Shown here: piece after piece, positions 35,108-45,099 of the stretch
Position numbering within the stretch: position 1 is the first letter of the stretch
Layout of the letters: each line of letters begins with the position of its first letter
The notes under the pieces: generated by a model
What the model saw: the letters and a program-made list of their open reading frames with translations, nothing else
Database searches by the model: none
Told to the model about the DNA's origin: nothing
Source of the DNA: Endomicrobium sp.
GTDB lineage: Bacteria; Elusimicrobiota; Endomicrobiia; Endomicrobiales; Endomicrobiaceae
Direction of reading: 5' to 3'
Assembly: GCA_031266535.1 (NCBI GenBank)
Contig: JAISAS010000004.1
Location: forward strand, 66,531 to 130,530
DNA: 64,000 nt
Program-made: the position numbers and the translations under genes

Positions 35108-35897
35108 GTCTCAACCTTTTCCTCACTAATATCTTCCAAAACTTTGCTAAATAAGAAAATATACCTAAAAGAATATACATGCTAAACAATACAAAAATAA
35201 CATTTTGCGGAAATACAATTATAAGCGATAAAATTAATATTATTAGCACTAAAAATTTCAACACTTTAGGTTTTGAAAGCTTAAGATTTTTAAAAGAAGT
35301 ATAAGGAATATTTGAAACCATAAGAAATGACAAAATTATCATAACAATAGGCATTATTTTTTTTAAAAATATTGGCATATTCTTCATAAAAATAGGAATT
35401 GTTTTATAAGTTAAATATCGACTAGAATCAGAAACAAACAATTCATAACTTAGTATAAAAGATATTAATAATCCAGCCGATGCCGGAGTTGGCAGTCCCA
35501 TAAAAGGGTTATAATACATATTGTTACTATTAACTTTAATATTAAATTTTGCAAGCCTAAAAGCACTACATAAAACAAACAAAACACCAATTGCTAATCC
35601 TATCTTTCCCATTGTGTGTAAAATAAGCTGATACATCATAACCGAAGGTGCAACTCCAAACGACAACAAATCACTCAAAGAATCTACCTGAATACCAAAC
35701 TCACTTGTACTTTTTGTTAATCTAGCAATTCTTCCATCCATCATATCAAAAGATATAGCAAGCATGATCAACCATGCCGCTTTTGTGAAATTACCATTTA
35801 TTGATGATATCACAGATAAATATCCGCATGTCATATTCCCACATGTAAAAAGAGTAGGTATTATATAGATACCTTTTTTTAATTTATTATCCATCAA
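35097..35897 (-). CDS. pssA: CDP-diacylglycerol--serine O-phosphatidyltransferase
   Basis: DMMDGRIAR...FGIQVDSLSDLLSFGVAP, RLAKFN, GLPTP, LMVSNIPY. Confidence 0.95.
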   Translation of the reverse strand: MMDNKLKKGIYIIPTLFTCGNMTCGYLSVISSINGNFTKAAWLIMLAISFDMMDGRIARLTKSTSEFGIQVDSLSDLLSFGVAPSVMMYQLILHTMGKIGLAIGVLFVLCSAFRLAKFNIKVNSNNMYYNPFMGLPTPASAGLLISFILSYELFVSDSSRYLTYKTIPIFMKNMPIFLKKIMPIVMIILSFLMVSNIPYTSFKNLKLSKPKVLKFLVLIILILSLIIVFPQNVIFVLFSMYILLGIFSYLAKFWKILVRKRLRHED

Positions 35898-36513
35898 TTT
35901 TTTTTAAAGTTGCAACAACCGTTATACCAGATACAACTTTATCTCCACGTTTTATCCTAATATAAGTATTTTTAGGTATATGTAAATTAATCTGTGAACC
36001 AAACTTTATCATACCTATTTTATCTCCTGATTGTAAAAAATCACCAGGTTTTACCCATGTTACACATCTTCTTGCAAGTATACCAGCAATTTGCTTTATA
36101 ATATATTTACCATCCTTATTTTCTATAACTATAACATTTTGTTCATTAACTACATGAGCATATGATTTCATAGCCTTTAAAAACTTTCCTGGTTTATGCT
36201 CAACACTTACAACTTTCCCCATTACTGGAGAGCGTTGTAAATGTACATCAAACACAGATAAAAAAACTCTTATAATTTTTTCATTTTCATCTATTTCCAA
36301 AACAGTTCCATTACAAGGCGAAAGAATTAAATTATCTCCTTTTGTTACCTTTACCTTAGGATCTCTGAAAAAATAAATACAAAATAAGGAAATAAAAATA
36401 CACAAAATTCCAGCAATTGTTAAGAATATACCACATCTTCCTACAATAAATAACACTAAACCAAAAACAAACGGAATTATAACGAATACGTATCCTTCTT
36501 TTACAATTTGCAT
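35887..36513 (-). CDS. psd: Phosphatidylserine decarboxylase proenzyme
   Basis: FFRDP, VFDVHLQRSP, QIAG-LARR, FGS self-cleavage motif. Confidence 0.94.
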   Translation of the reverse strand: MQIVKEGYVFVIIPFVFGLVLFIVGRCGIFLTIAGILCIFISLFCIYFFRDPKVKVTKGDNLILSPCNGTVLEIDENEKIIRVFLSVFDVHLQRSPVMGKVVSVEHKPGKFLKAMKSYAHVVNEQNVIVIENKDGKYIIKQIAGILARRCVTWVKPGDFLQSGDKIGMIKFGSQINLHIPKNTYIRIKRGDKVVSGITVVATLKKIDG

Positions 36514-36580
36514 CACGCTACAAGTTCTCCTATTTAACAAAAAATAATTTAATACAAATTAAAAAATATACACAGCGTAG

Positions 36581-36609
36581 ATTCTACAAGAAACACAATT
36601 TAATGTCAA
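36581..36609 (-). promoter_or_regulatory. sigma70 promoter of psd-pssA-ndk-pckG
   Basis: Minus strand TTGACA-17 bp-TAGAAT. Confidence 0.6.
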
Positions 36610-36666
36610 AGTTTTCATACATTATTATACACATATGACAACAACGATTCAACATAGAATAACAAA

Positions 36667-36819
36667 TCAAAGATAATGATGTTTTAACATGAAATTTGAA
36701 AATTGTCTCACAATTTTATCGCTCTTACACACAAAACACACTGTGCCCTCCCTCATTATTAAAAAATAAGCACCCGAGCTTAATTTTACATTTTTGCACG
36801 CAAACTCAAACAACGGCAT
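36667..36819 (-). pseudogene. FmdB-family zinc-ribbon protein, frameshift-damaged (50-aa ORF, not in track)
   Basis: MPLFEFACK...VCFVCKSDKIVRQFSNF matches the FmdB pattern MPxYEYxCxxC...CPxC...; the first CxxC is broken by a missing A. Confidence 0.7.
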
Positions 36820-36847
36820 ATGTATTGTACGTACAAACAAGTTTTAT

Positions 36848-38455
36848 CTATTTATCATTTTTTGCAAGTGAAACAGAAACTTTTTTACCTTTAATATTAC
36901 TTGAATGCAAAGCATTAATTACATTAGCAACATGCTTTTCTGGAACTTCAACAAATGAAAACGAATTCAAAATTTTGATGTTACCAATTAACTTACCATT
37001 TATACCAGTTTCACCTGTAATAGCCCCTACAAAATCTCCAGCTCTTACATCATCTTTTTTACCTATACTCACAAATAATTTAACCATATTTTGTTTACTT
37101 AAATCTGAAAAATAATTATTATTTAAATTCATAAATACATCCTTTTTTTGCTCATGACATTTTTTTTCAGAAATAAATAACATCTTTAAAAGAATAGCTG
37201 CAACATCTAATAAAGTAGCTTTATCAGGTATTAAAAACTCTATCATTTTCACGTATTTTTCAATATTATTTTCTTTCAATGATTTTTTTATTTTTTCAAG
37301 TATAATCATTTTTTTTGTATTTTCAACATCTTTGAGTGAAGGAATTTGAGATCTTTTAATATTTACTTTTGTATATTTTTGAATATTTATCAGTTTATAA
37401 ACATCTTTTCCAGAAACAAAACTAAATGCTTTTCCAGTCTTTCCAGCCCTTCCAGTCCTTCCTATTCTGTGAATATAATCTTCATCATCTTTAGGAATAT
37501 CATAGTTGAAAACCACATCTATACCGTCGACATCTATTCCTCTTGCCGCTACATCTGTAGCTACAAGAAGTTCTATAGAACCACTTCTAAATTTTGCCAT
37601 CACTCTATCTCTTTGTGGCTGACTCATATCTCCATGTATTGCATCTGCAGAATAACCTTTTATTTGAAGGGAAGAAGTTATCTCATCAACTTTCTTTTTT
37701 GTATTACAAAAAATAATTGACAAAATAGGAGAATACATATCAAGACATCTAATAAGAGCCTCAAACTTTTGATATTCTCTAATATTAAAATAATACTGTT
37801 CAATTAATGGAACAGTTAATTTTTCGTTTACAACTTTTACAATCTCTGGATGACGTTGATATTTTTTTGTAAGAGATAAAAATTCTCTTGGCATAGTTGC
37901 AGAAAAGAAAACAGTCTGTCTTTTCTCGGGTATATTTTTAAGAATTAACTCTATATCATCTCTAAATCCCATATCCAACATCTCATCAGCTTCATCTAGA
38001 ACTATAATTGAAGTCATATCAAGTTTTAATGTTTTACGTTCTAAATGATCTATAACTCTACCAGGAGTTCCTATGACAATTTGAACACCTCTTGAAAGAG
38101 CAATTATTTGTTTTTGAATCGGTTGACCTCCATAAACCGATATTATTTTAATATCTTTTTTATACTTTGAAAGAAGTTTTAATTCCTCTGAAACTTGTAT
38201 TGCAAGTTCTCTAGTAGGACATAAAACCATTGCTTGAACATTTTTTTTCTTTTGATCTATTCTTTCTAAAATGGGAATTCCAAAAGCTGCTGTTTTTCCA
38301 GTTCCTGTTTGAGCTTGACCAATAATATCCAATCCCTCCATCATTTTAGGAATTGCTAAACTTTGAATAGGTGTAGCATTTTTAAATCCTAAATCTTGTA
38401 CTGCCCTAAGTATTTCATCTGATAAATTCAATTCTATAAATCTTAATGTTGTCAT
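36848..38455 (-). CDS. deaD: DEAD-box RNA helicase with DbpA-type RNA-binding domain
   Basis: Q motif, AQTGTGKT, PTRELA, DEAD, SAT, HRIGRTGRAG, C-terminal DbpA domain. Confidence 0.95.
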   Translation of the reverse strand: MTTLRFIELNLSDEILRAVQDLGFKNATPIQSLAIPKMMEGLDIIGQAQTGTGKTAAFGIPILERIDQKKKNVQAMVLCPTRELAIQVSEELKLLSKYKKDIKIISVYGGQPIQKQIIALSRGVQIVIGTPGRVIDHLERKTLKLDMTSIIVLDEADEMLDMGFRDDIELILKNIPEKRQTVFFSATMPREFLSLTKKYQRHPEIVKVVNEKLTVPLIEQYYFNIREYQKFEALIRCLDMYSPILSIIFCNTKKKVDEITSSLQIKGYSADAIHGDMSQPQRDRVMAKFRSGSIELLVATDVAARGIDVDGIDVVFNYDIPKDDEDYIHRIGRTGRAGKTGKAFSFVSGKDVYKLINIQKYTKVNIKRSQIPSLKDVENTKKMIILEKIKKSLKENNIEKYVKMIEFLIPDKATLLDVAAILLKMLFISEKKCHEQKKDVFMNLNNNYFSDLSKQNMVKLFVSIGKKDDVRAGDFVGAITGETGINGKLIGNIKILNSFSFVEVPEKHVANVINALHSSNIKGKKVSVSLAKNDK

Positions 38456-38541
38456 TTTATTCCTTTATATATTTCACACATATTATTCATTACTATTAGT
38501 AATATATCATTTTATTTAAATTATTTTTAATAAACATTTCT

Positions 38542-39315
38542 CTATTTCACAAAATATACAGCATTCTGAAAAATGATTTTTCTAAAACCATATTTTGAAT
38601 TAAATCCAATTCTTCCAGGATGTTGTAAAGCAAAAATATATCTCTCAGGATGAGGCATAATCACAAAAACATTTCCTTTTACATTAGATAACGTAGCTAC
38701 TTCTTCTATAGAACCATTTGGATTTAAAGGATATTTAGGTTTGTTTCCACTTTTTGAAGAATATTTAAACACAACTTGATTATTCTTATTTAAAATATCT
38801 AAAAGTTTTCTATTAATTGGGACAAATTTACATTCACTATGAGCCACAGGTGAACTTATAATATTAAGCAATTTTTTAGTCCATATACAATTATTTCTTT
38901 CTTCGTTTTTTAAATAAACCCAACAACATTCAAATTTATTAGAATCGTTACGATAAAGGGTTGAAACCTGCTCAAAAATATCTAAATCAGGTAATAGTCC
39001 CATTTTAACAAAAACCTGAAAACCATTACATATCCTAATAACCGGTCTACCATCTAATGCAAACTTTTTTATTCTATCTCCTAACTTATTTTTCACTTCA
39101 TTTGATAATATTTTACCAGAAGCAATATCATCTCCATACGAAAACCCACATGGAAAAGCCAAAATATCATACTCAAAAATTTTTTCTTTTTTTTCAATAA
39201 GAACGTTAACGTGTACACGCTCTACATGTGCACCACATAATTCAAAAGCAAACTGTGTTTCATAATCACAATTTGTTCCTGCAGTTCTCAAAACCAAAAC
39301 TCTAACTTTTTTCAT
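38542..39315 (-). CDS. purQ: FGAM synthase glutaminase subunit PurQ (open frame, degenerate motifs)
   Basis: GTNCD, xGFSYGD, ICNGFQ and MPHPER present, but several conserved Gly are replaced. Confidence 0.85.
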   Translation of the reverse strand: MKKVRVLVLRTAGTNCDYETQFAFELCGAHVERVHVNVLIEKKEKIFEYDILAFPCGFSYGDDIASGKILSNEVKNKLGDRIKKFALDGRPVIRICNGFQVFVKMGLLPDLDIFEQVSTLYRNDSNKFECCWVYLKNEERNNCIWTKKLLNIISSPVAHSECKFVPINRKLLDILNKNNQVVFKYSSKSGNKPKYPLNPNGSIEEVATLSNVKGNVFVIMPHPERYIFALQHPGRIGFNSKYGFRKIIFQNAVYFVK

Positions 39316-39318
39316 ATT

Positions 39319-40638
39319 TTATAAACTCAAAGTATTTTTCCATACTTTTAATAAATTTTCAACACTCTCCTTAATTCTTATTCTATTTATTTTACTCTCA
39401 AAATTACATAACTACCTCACTTACACAACCAATTTCTTCACCAAGCTCACCAACAGCACTAGACAATCCACCAGCTCCACAGTCAGTAACAGATTTATAA
39501 AGATTTAAATCTCTAGCTCCTAACATTGAAGAAAAAGTAGCTCCATGTATTCCATCTTTACCTGTTTTGCCTCCAATAATTAAAATTAAATTTCCGGAGT
39601 TAACTTTCTTTTTTATTTTATCTTTTGGTACTATCCTCATACTCCCACAATAAATAAGTGGATTCGTCATATAATCATCATCAAAATAAATAACTCCATT
39701 TACAGTAGGTATTCCCATTTTATTTCCGTAATCACCAACACCAGATACAACTTCTTTCAATACTCTCTTAAGATGATATATACCCTTTGGTACTTTATAA
39801 AATTTAGTATTAGGATTCCCAAAACAGAATACATCAGTATTAGTCAAAGGTTTTGCTCCAAGACCAACACCTAAAATATCTCTTATAACTCCACCAATAC
39901 CGGTGGTAGCAGAACCTCCATATGGGTTCCAAGCACTGATGGATGATTATGTGTCTCAACTTTAAAAGCAACTCCATCCTTTGAATTAAATTCAATAATC
40001 CCAGCATTATCTTTAAACGTAAATAAACATCATTTTTTATTTAATTCTAAAGTCGCTTTAAAGATTGTTATATATTCTACTTATCTTAATGTCACCAAAC
40101 TCTGTATATTTTACTATTCCAGCAAGTCTTATGTTTACAATGTTCGCTCCATGTTTGAGCTATCGTTTCAATTTCAATATCTGTAGGATTCCTTGTTATT
40201 ATTTTATTTAATATTATTCGCGAAACCTTACCATATAAATAACATTTATATCCCACTTTAATATTAAGTTTTTTCAGTATACATAAATCTTTCACAGCTT
40301 TCATTACGTTCTCAGAAACTGTATCAGTAACATATTTTTTGTACAAAACTTCTATTATATTAACAGTTGAATCAACAGTCACAGTTGGTAATATTAAATG
40401 ATCAAAATTTGTTTTAGAATAACCACTTATATCATTTTCAGTAACTTTATCACTTAGTAGTTCCGAAGCTATAATCTCAATTTAAGAAAAATTAATATCA
40501 CCCATCAATTATATATAAAGTAGAATATTCAACTTTATACACATTTTTGATACCTATATCACAGATATCATGTAACATACATACTCCACTAGGATTCATA
40601 AATTTATTTTTTATAAAAATTTCTATTTTAAAAATCAA
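39319..40638 (-). pseudogene. purL: FGAM synthase PurL, fragmented pseudogene
   Basis: Fragments [57 protein letters not shown] in different frames, with stops and large deletions; about 1.3 kb left. Confidence 0.93.
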
Positions 40639-41522
40639 AATATTTTTCCAGTTAATTTTTCGTACACACTAATATATTTTTTTATAGTTTTTTCAACAAC
40701 GTCTTTAGGGAGATAAGGAATAGGAAGTAATTTGTTCCATTTAATATATTCAAGATAATCCCTCACATATTGCTTATCTAAACCATCTTGAAATTTGCCT
40801 TCTTCATATTTATCAATTTCCCAAAATCTTGAGGAATCCGGAGTGAAAATTTCATCTATCAATATTAGCTGATCATCATAAAAACCAAATTCTAATTTCG
40901 TATCTGCAAGTATTATTTTTCTTGAAGCAGAATATTCTTTCACTTTTTCATATAATGTAATAGAATATTTACGTAAATTTTCAGCAGTAGTTTGTTCTAC
41001 TTTTTTTAACATTTTTTGAAAAGAAATGTTTTCGTCGTGTTTTTTATTTTTTTTGATAGATGGAGTAAAAATAGCTTTAGATAGCTTCGATGATTCTTTT
41101 AGGCCTACAGGTAATTTTACTCCACAAACTGTTTGAAACTTTTTATATTCCTGCCAACCTGATCCTGTAAGATATCCTCTAACAATACATTCTATATTAA
41201 TTCTATTAGCTTTTTTGACTATCATAGATCTATCACGTAAATACTCATATTTTTTCAACATTGTAGGAAACGTATTAAAATCACCAGTTATAATATGGTT
41301 TGGCATTATATTTTGAACAAAATCAAACCAAAACATTGAAAGTTTATGAAGAATTTTACCCTTATTTGGAATTATTGTCGGAATAACATGATCAAAAACA
41401 GAAATTCTATCAGAAGCCACAATCAGATAATTTTGTCCTAAATCATACACATCTCTAATTTTTCCACTATAAATTAAAGGAAGATCTATATTATTTTTTT
41501 GATTGTTCGTTTTTATTTTCAT
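40635..41522 (-). CDS. purC: SAICAR synthetase
   Basis: SGKIRDVY, SDRIS, ECIVRGY, ADTKLEFG, DEIFTPDSSRFW, DKQYVRD. Confidence 0.95.
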   Translation of the reverse strand: MKIKTNNQKNNIDLPLIYSGKIRDVYDLGQNYLIVASDRISVFDHVIPTIIPNKGKILHKLSMFWFDFVQNIMPNHIITGDFNTFPTMLKKYEYLRDRSMIVKKANRINIECIVRGYLTGSGWQEYKKFQTVCGVKLPVGLKESSKLSKAIFTPSIKKNKKHDENISFQKMLKKVEQTTAENLRKYSITLYEKVKEYSASRKIILADTKLEFGFYDDQLILIDEIFTPDSSRFWEIDKYEEGKFQDGLDKQYVRDYLEYIKWNKLLPIPYLPKDVVEKTIKKYISVYEKLTGKIF

Positions 41523-41582
41523 TTAATTACACATTTGAATTATATCACTTTTTAAGGATCTTTTAAAATTCACATGAAATAT

Positions 41583-42608
41583 TTAAAATATTACATTATC
41601 TATATTGTTGTTTCTTATAGTTTTTTTTAACATACACACATTTCTTATTAAAATTTCTTTTGTAAGATTTTTTTCTTCAATTATCATAATTCTTCCATAT
41701 TTTTCTATTTCTCTTGCGTTATGATATTGGTGATTATCTGTAGCATAAGGATAAGGTATTAAAATTGCTGGTTTATTCAAAGCTTTAAGTTCAAAAATTG
41801 TACTAGCACCAGAACGGCATATTACAATATCACTTACAGCATAGGCATTTGAAATATCATGCATGTATTTAAAAACTAAATAATTACGACTATCTTTAAT
41901 ATTTTTTTTAACTATAATATAATCATCATCCCCAGTTATATGTAAAATCTGAAATTTATTTTTATAAGATAAATTTAAAAAGGTTTCATACGCTATGTGA
42001 TTAAGCTTTGCTGCTCCAAGACTTCCACCAAATATCAAAATAGTAGTAGTTCTATCATTTAATTTAAATTTTTGTAATGCTTTTTCACGTGATGCTAATA
42101 AGATATCCTTTCGCACAGGATATATCATAAAAGTAGTATTTTTATTTTTAAAATATTTCTTTGAAATACGAAAACTTATAAATGTTTCATCGGCTATCCT
42201 ATTAAGTAACAAATTCGCTTTTCCAGGAATACTATTTTGCTCGTGTATAAAAATTTTTTTATGTAATATTTTTGATGCAAAAAGAACTGGAATTGTAATA
42301 CACCCTCCAGTACCAATAACAACTAATGGTTTTATTTTTATAATTTGCATTATAGATTTAAAAAAAATAAACTTCATTTTAAACAAAAATAGTACAAACA
42401 GAAATGGGTTTTTTCTTGGCATTTTAAAAATATTAAATTGAATATATTTAAATTCAGAATTTTTTAAAATTTTTACAGAAATAGAGTTATTATTAATAAA
42501 AAATATAATATTGTGCCCTTTGTTTTTAAACTCTTCCGCCAAAGCTAAACCAGGGTAAATATGGCCACCAGTTCCGCTTGAAACTATTATTATATTCTTA
42601 CCTCGCAT
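41583..42608 (-). CDS. murG: Lipid II GlcNAc transferase MurG
   Basis: GTGGHIYP, HEQN..PG, FGGSLGA, RSGAST, HQYHNA. Confidence 0.94.
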   Translation of the reverse strand: MRGKNIIIVSSGTGGHIYPGLALAEEFKNKGHNIIFFINNNSISVKILKNSEFKYIQFNIFKMPRKNPFLFVLFLFKMKFIFFKSIMQIIKIKPLVVIGTGGCITIPVLFASKILHKKIFIHEQNSIPGKANLLLNRIADETFISFRISKKYFKNKNTTFMIYPVRKDILLASREKALQKFKLNDRTTTILIFGGSLGAAKLNHIAYETFLNLSYKNKFQILHITGDDDYIIVKKNIKDSRNYLVFKYMHDISNAYAVSDIVICRSGASTIFELKALNKPAILIPYPYATDNHQYHNAREIEKYGRIMIIEEKNLTKEILIRNVCMLKKTIRNNNIDNVIF

Positions 42609-42641
42609 TAAAATCCTTTATTTTTTTTATTTATTATTTTA

Positions 42642-43745
42642 CTATATTAATTTTTTATAATACTGTGACAAATTTATTAGTATTCCAGAAGCTGCCATAG
42701 TAACTACCAAGGACGTTCCTCCAAAAGATATAAATGGTAGTGGCAGTCCTTTTGTCGGTAACAATCCTGTAGCAACAAAAAAATTTATAATAGCTTCAAA
42801 TACAATTAAAAATGTTATACCTAAACATAAATAATGTGAAAAAATATCTGGCATATATTGACTCATTTTTATACCTTTAAAAAATAAATACACAAAAAAT
42901 AATACAACAATAGCTGTTCCAAAAAATCCTAATTCTTCACCTATAATAGGAAATATAAAATCGGTATGTGCTTCAGGAAGATACATGAGTTTCATTTCAC
43001 TTTTACCAAGACCTTTACCAAAAAAGCCTCCTGAGCCAAGTGCATTTAGTGATTGTCTTACCTGATAAGAAGATGCTTCAATATTTGTAAAAGATACAAA
43101 ATAATCTTTAAGTCTTATGAATCTATAAGGTTTTCTTATAATTTCAATAATTAATAAAATAGGTATTACTGAAATACCTAAAAAAATAGCTTGCATTTTT
43201 ATTCCAGCACAAAATACCATAGCAAAACACACTGTTACTATTAAAATTGGTGTACCTAAATCTGGTTCTAATAAAATAGGAAAAATTATAAAAAATACAG
43301 CAAATATAAAACTTAGTAATTCTTTCCATTGATATAATATTTTTTTTCTATGAGATATAAAACTAGATGTAAATATTATTATAGCAAGCTTGGCTAGTTC
43401 TGATGGTTGTATTGTAAAATAACTTACTCCAAACCATCTCCTTGCTCCTAAACGTTGAGTACCTACAAATAAAACTATAATTACAAAAATCAATGAAAAT
43501 AAATAAATCAATTTTGCATATTTTTTGTAAAACTTATAATTAATTAAAAAAGCTGTAATAAACATTGCTAAAAATCCAAGAACAACCCACAATATTTGTT
43601 TTAAGAAAAATTTGTAAGGACTTGCCCATCTTACATCAGCCATAATAGTACTTGATGAAAATACCATAAATACCCCAAAAATAACACATATACAAATTGC
43701 TATTATCAGGCTTTTATCATAGTTCTTTAAATATAATTTATGCAT
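42642..43745 (-). CDS. ftsW: SEDS protein FtsW
   Basis: GARRW, IQPSELAK, EPDLGT, YLPEAHTDFIF, PFISFGG. Confidence 0.95.
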   Translation of the reverse strand: MHKLYLKNYDKSLIIAICICVIFGVFMVFSSSTIMADVRWASPYKFFLKQILWVVLGFLAMFITAFLINYKFYKKYAKLIYLFSLIFVIIVLFVGTQRLGARRWFGVSYFTIQPSELAKLAIIIFTSSFISHRKKILYQWKELLSFIFAVFFIIFPILLEPDLGTPILIVTVCFAMVFCAGIKMQAIFLGISVIPILLIIEIIRKPYRFIRLKDYFVSFTNIEASSYQVRQSLNALGSGGFFGKGLGKSEMKLMYLPEAHTDFIFPIIGEELGFFGTAIVVLFFVYLFFKGIKMSQYMPDIFSHYLCLGITFLIVFEAIINFFVATGLLPTKGLPLPFISFGGTSLVVTMAASGILINLSQYYKKLI

Positions 43746-43778
43746 TTTTAGAATATAAAATACTTTTTATTAGATTAA

Positions 43779-45089
43779 TTATAAATTGTTAACTAATTTT
43801 TTAAACATATTCCCTCTTTCTTCAAAATTATTAAATTGATCAAAAGAAGAACATGCTGGAGAAAATAGAACAATATCTCCATTTACAGCAACTTTTAATA
43901 TCTGTTTTACAGCATTTTCTATGTTATAACATTTAATAAACAAAACTAAATTTTTTAAATCTATTTTAATTTTGTCAGATGCTTCTCCAATAAGAAAAAT
44001 TAATTTGACTTTTTGTTTTATAATATCTTTTAAAACAGTATATGATGAACCTTTATCCTTACCTCCCATAATGAGTAAAATATTTTTATCAAATGATTCT
44101 ATTGCAACTCTAGTGGAATCAATATTTGTAGATTTTGAATCGTTATAATAAGTAACACCGTTTAAATTTCTTATAAATTCTAATCTATGCTCTATACCTT
44201 TATACTGAGAAATGATTTTTTCTATAATTATAGGCTTAATTTTTACCACATAAGAAGCTGCAACAGCTGCCAGAATGTTTGATATATTATGTCTACCTAA
44301 AATATTAATTTTAGGTCTTATTACACTGTAATTTTTTCCTATATTTACAATTATGTTCCCATTATTGTAAAATACACCATTTTTTAATGGTCTTGTACTG
44401 AAAAAAATCACTCTTGCTTTAGTTTTTAAAGATATTTCTTTACAAATTTTATCATCGTAATTTACTATTGCAAAATCTTCAGAGTTTTGATTTATAAGTA
44501 TATTCTCTTTTGCTTTAACATATGACATAAACGTTTTGTGATGTTCAATATGATCTGGTGTAATATTCAACAATATTGATATATTTGATCTAAAATCTAT
44601 GGTATCCTCAAGTTGATAACTCGAAAGCTCAAGTATAACAAATGTATTTTCTGTACTTTCTAATGCCTTATCTGCTAAAGGAATCCCTATATTTCCTAAA
44701 AGCAAACAGTTCTTATAAACCGCTTTTATTATTTCTGAAATCAAATGAGATGTTGTAGTTTTACCATTAGTTCCTGTAATAGCTATAATCTTATTATATT
44801 TTAATTTGGAAAGAGCAAAAGAAATCTCACTTACAATTTTTATTTTTTTTCTCATTGCTTTTTTCAAAATAGGAACATTTGAAGATATACCTGGACTTTT
44901 TATGATAATATCTGAATTTAAAATTTTATCCGAATGCTTCCCAAATTCTTTTATTACTTTTTTGTTTAAATTATTTATGACATTTTTCTGAACATCACTT
45001 GCAAAAACATTATATCCTAATTTTATAGCCAAATTTGCAGCAGCAATTCCACTTTTACCAAGACCTAAAATTCCTATATTTTTTTTCAT
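43779..45089 (-). CDS. murD: UDP-MurNAc-L-Ala--D-Glu ligase
   Basis: GLGKSG, TGTNGKTT, ELSSYQL, NDSKSTN, SPACSSFDQF. Confidence 0.96.
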   Translation of the reverse strand: MKKNIGILGLGKSGIAAANLAIKLGYNVFASDVQKNVINNLNKKVIKEFGKHSDKILNSDIIIKSPGISSNVPILKKAMRKKIKIVSEISFALSKLKYNKIIAITGTNGKTTTSHLISEIIKAVYKNCLLLGNIGIPLADKALESTENTFVILELSSYQLEDTIDFRSNISILLNITPDHIEHHKTFMSYVKAKENILINQNSEDFAIVNYDDKICKEISLKTKARVIFFSTRPLKNGVFYNNGNIIVNIGKNYSVIRPKINILGRHNISNILAAVAASYVVKIKPIIIEKIISQYKGIEHRLEFIRNLNGVTYYNDSKSTNIDSTRVAIESFDKNILLIMGGKDKGSSYTVLKDIIKQKVKLIFLIGEASDKIKIDLKNLVLFIKCYNIENAVKQILKVAVNGDIVLFSPACSSFDQFNNFEERGNMFKKLVNNL

Positions 45090-45099
45090 TTATAAAATT

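Noticed and set aside
36630-36825. Possible 6S RNA or TPP-riboswitch-like structure (CATATG ends; GGGTGC...TGAG)
   Set aside because: No long internal pairing and no complete TPP core; better explained as the FmdB-like gene remnant
36696-37115. 139-aa plus-strand ORF and the other short antisense ORFs in the track (e.g. 8094-8378, 14564-14872, 23854-24195, 24900-25238, 51701-52042, 62887-63159, 63502-63807)
   Set aside because: They overlap well-supported genes and have no motifs of their own
39990-40050. In-frame TGA at a likely Trp position in purL, suggesting TGA recoding (code 4/25)
   Set aside because: Intact genes use TGG for Trp and end in TGA (atpE, atpD, dnaJ); this is a nonsense mutation in a pseudogene
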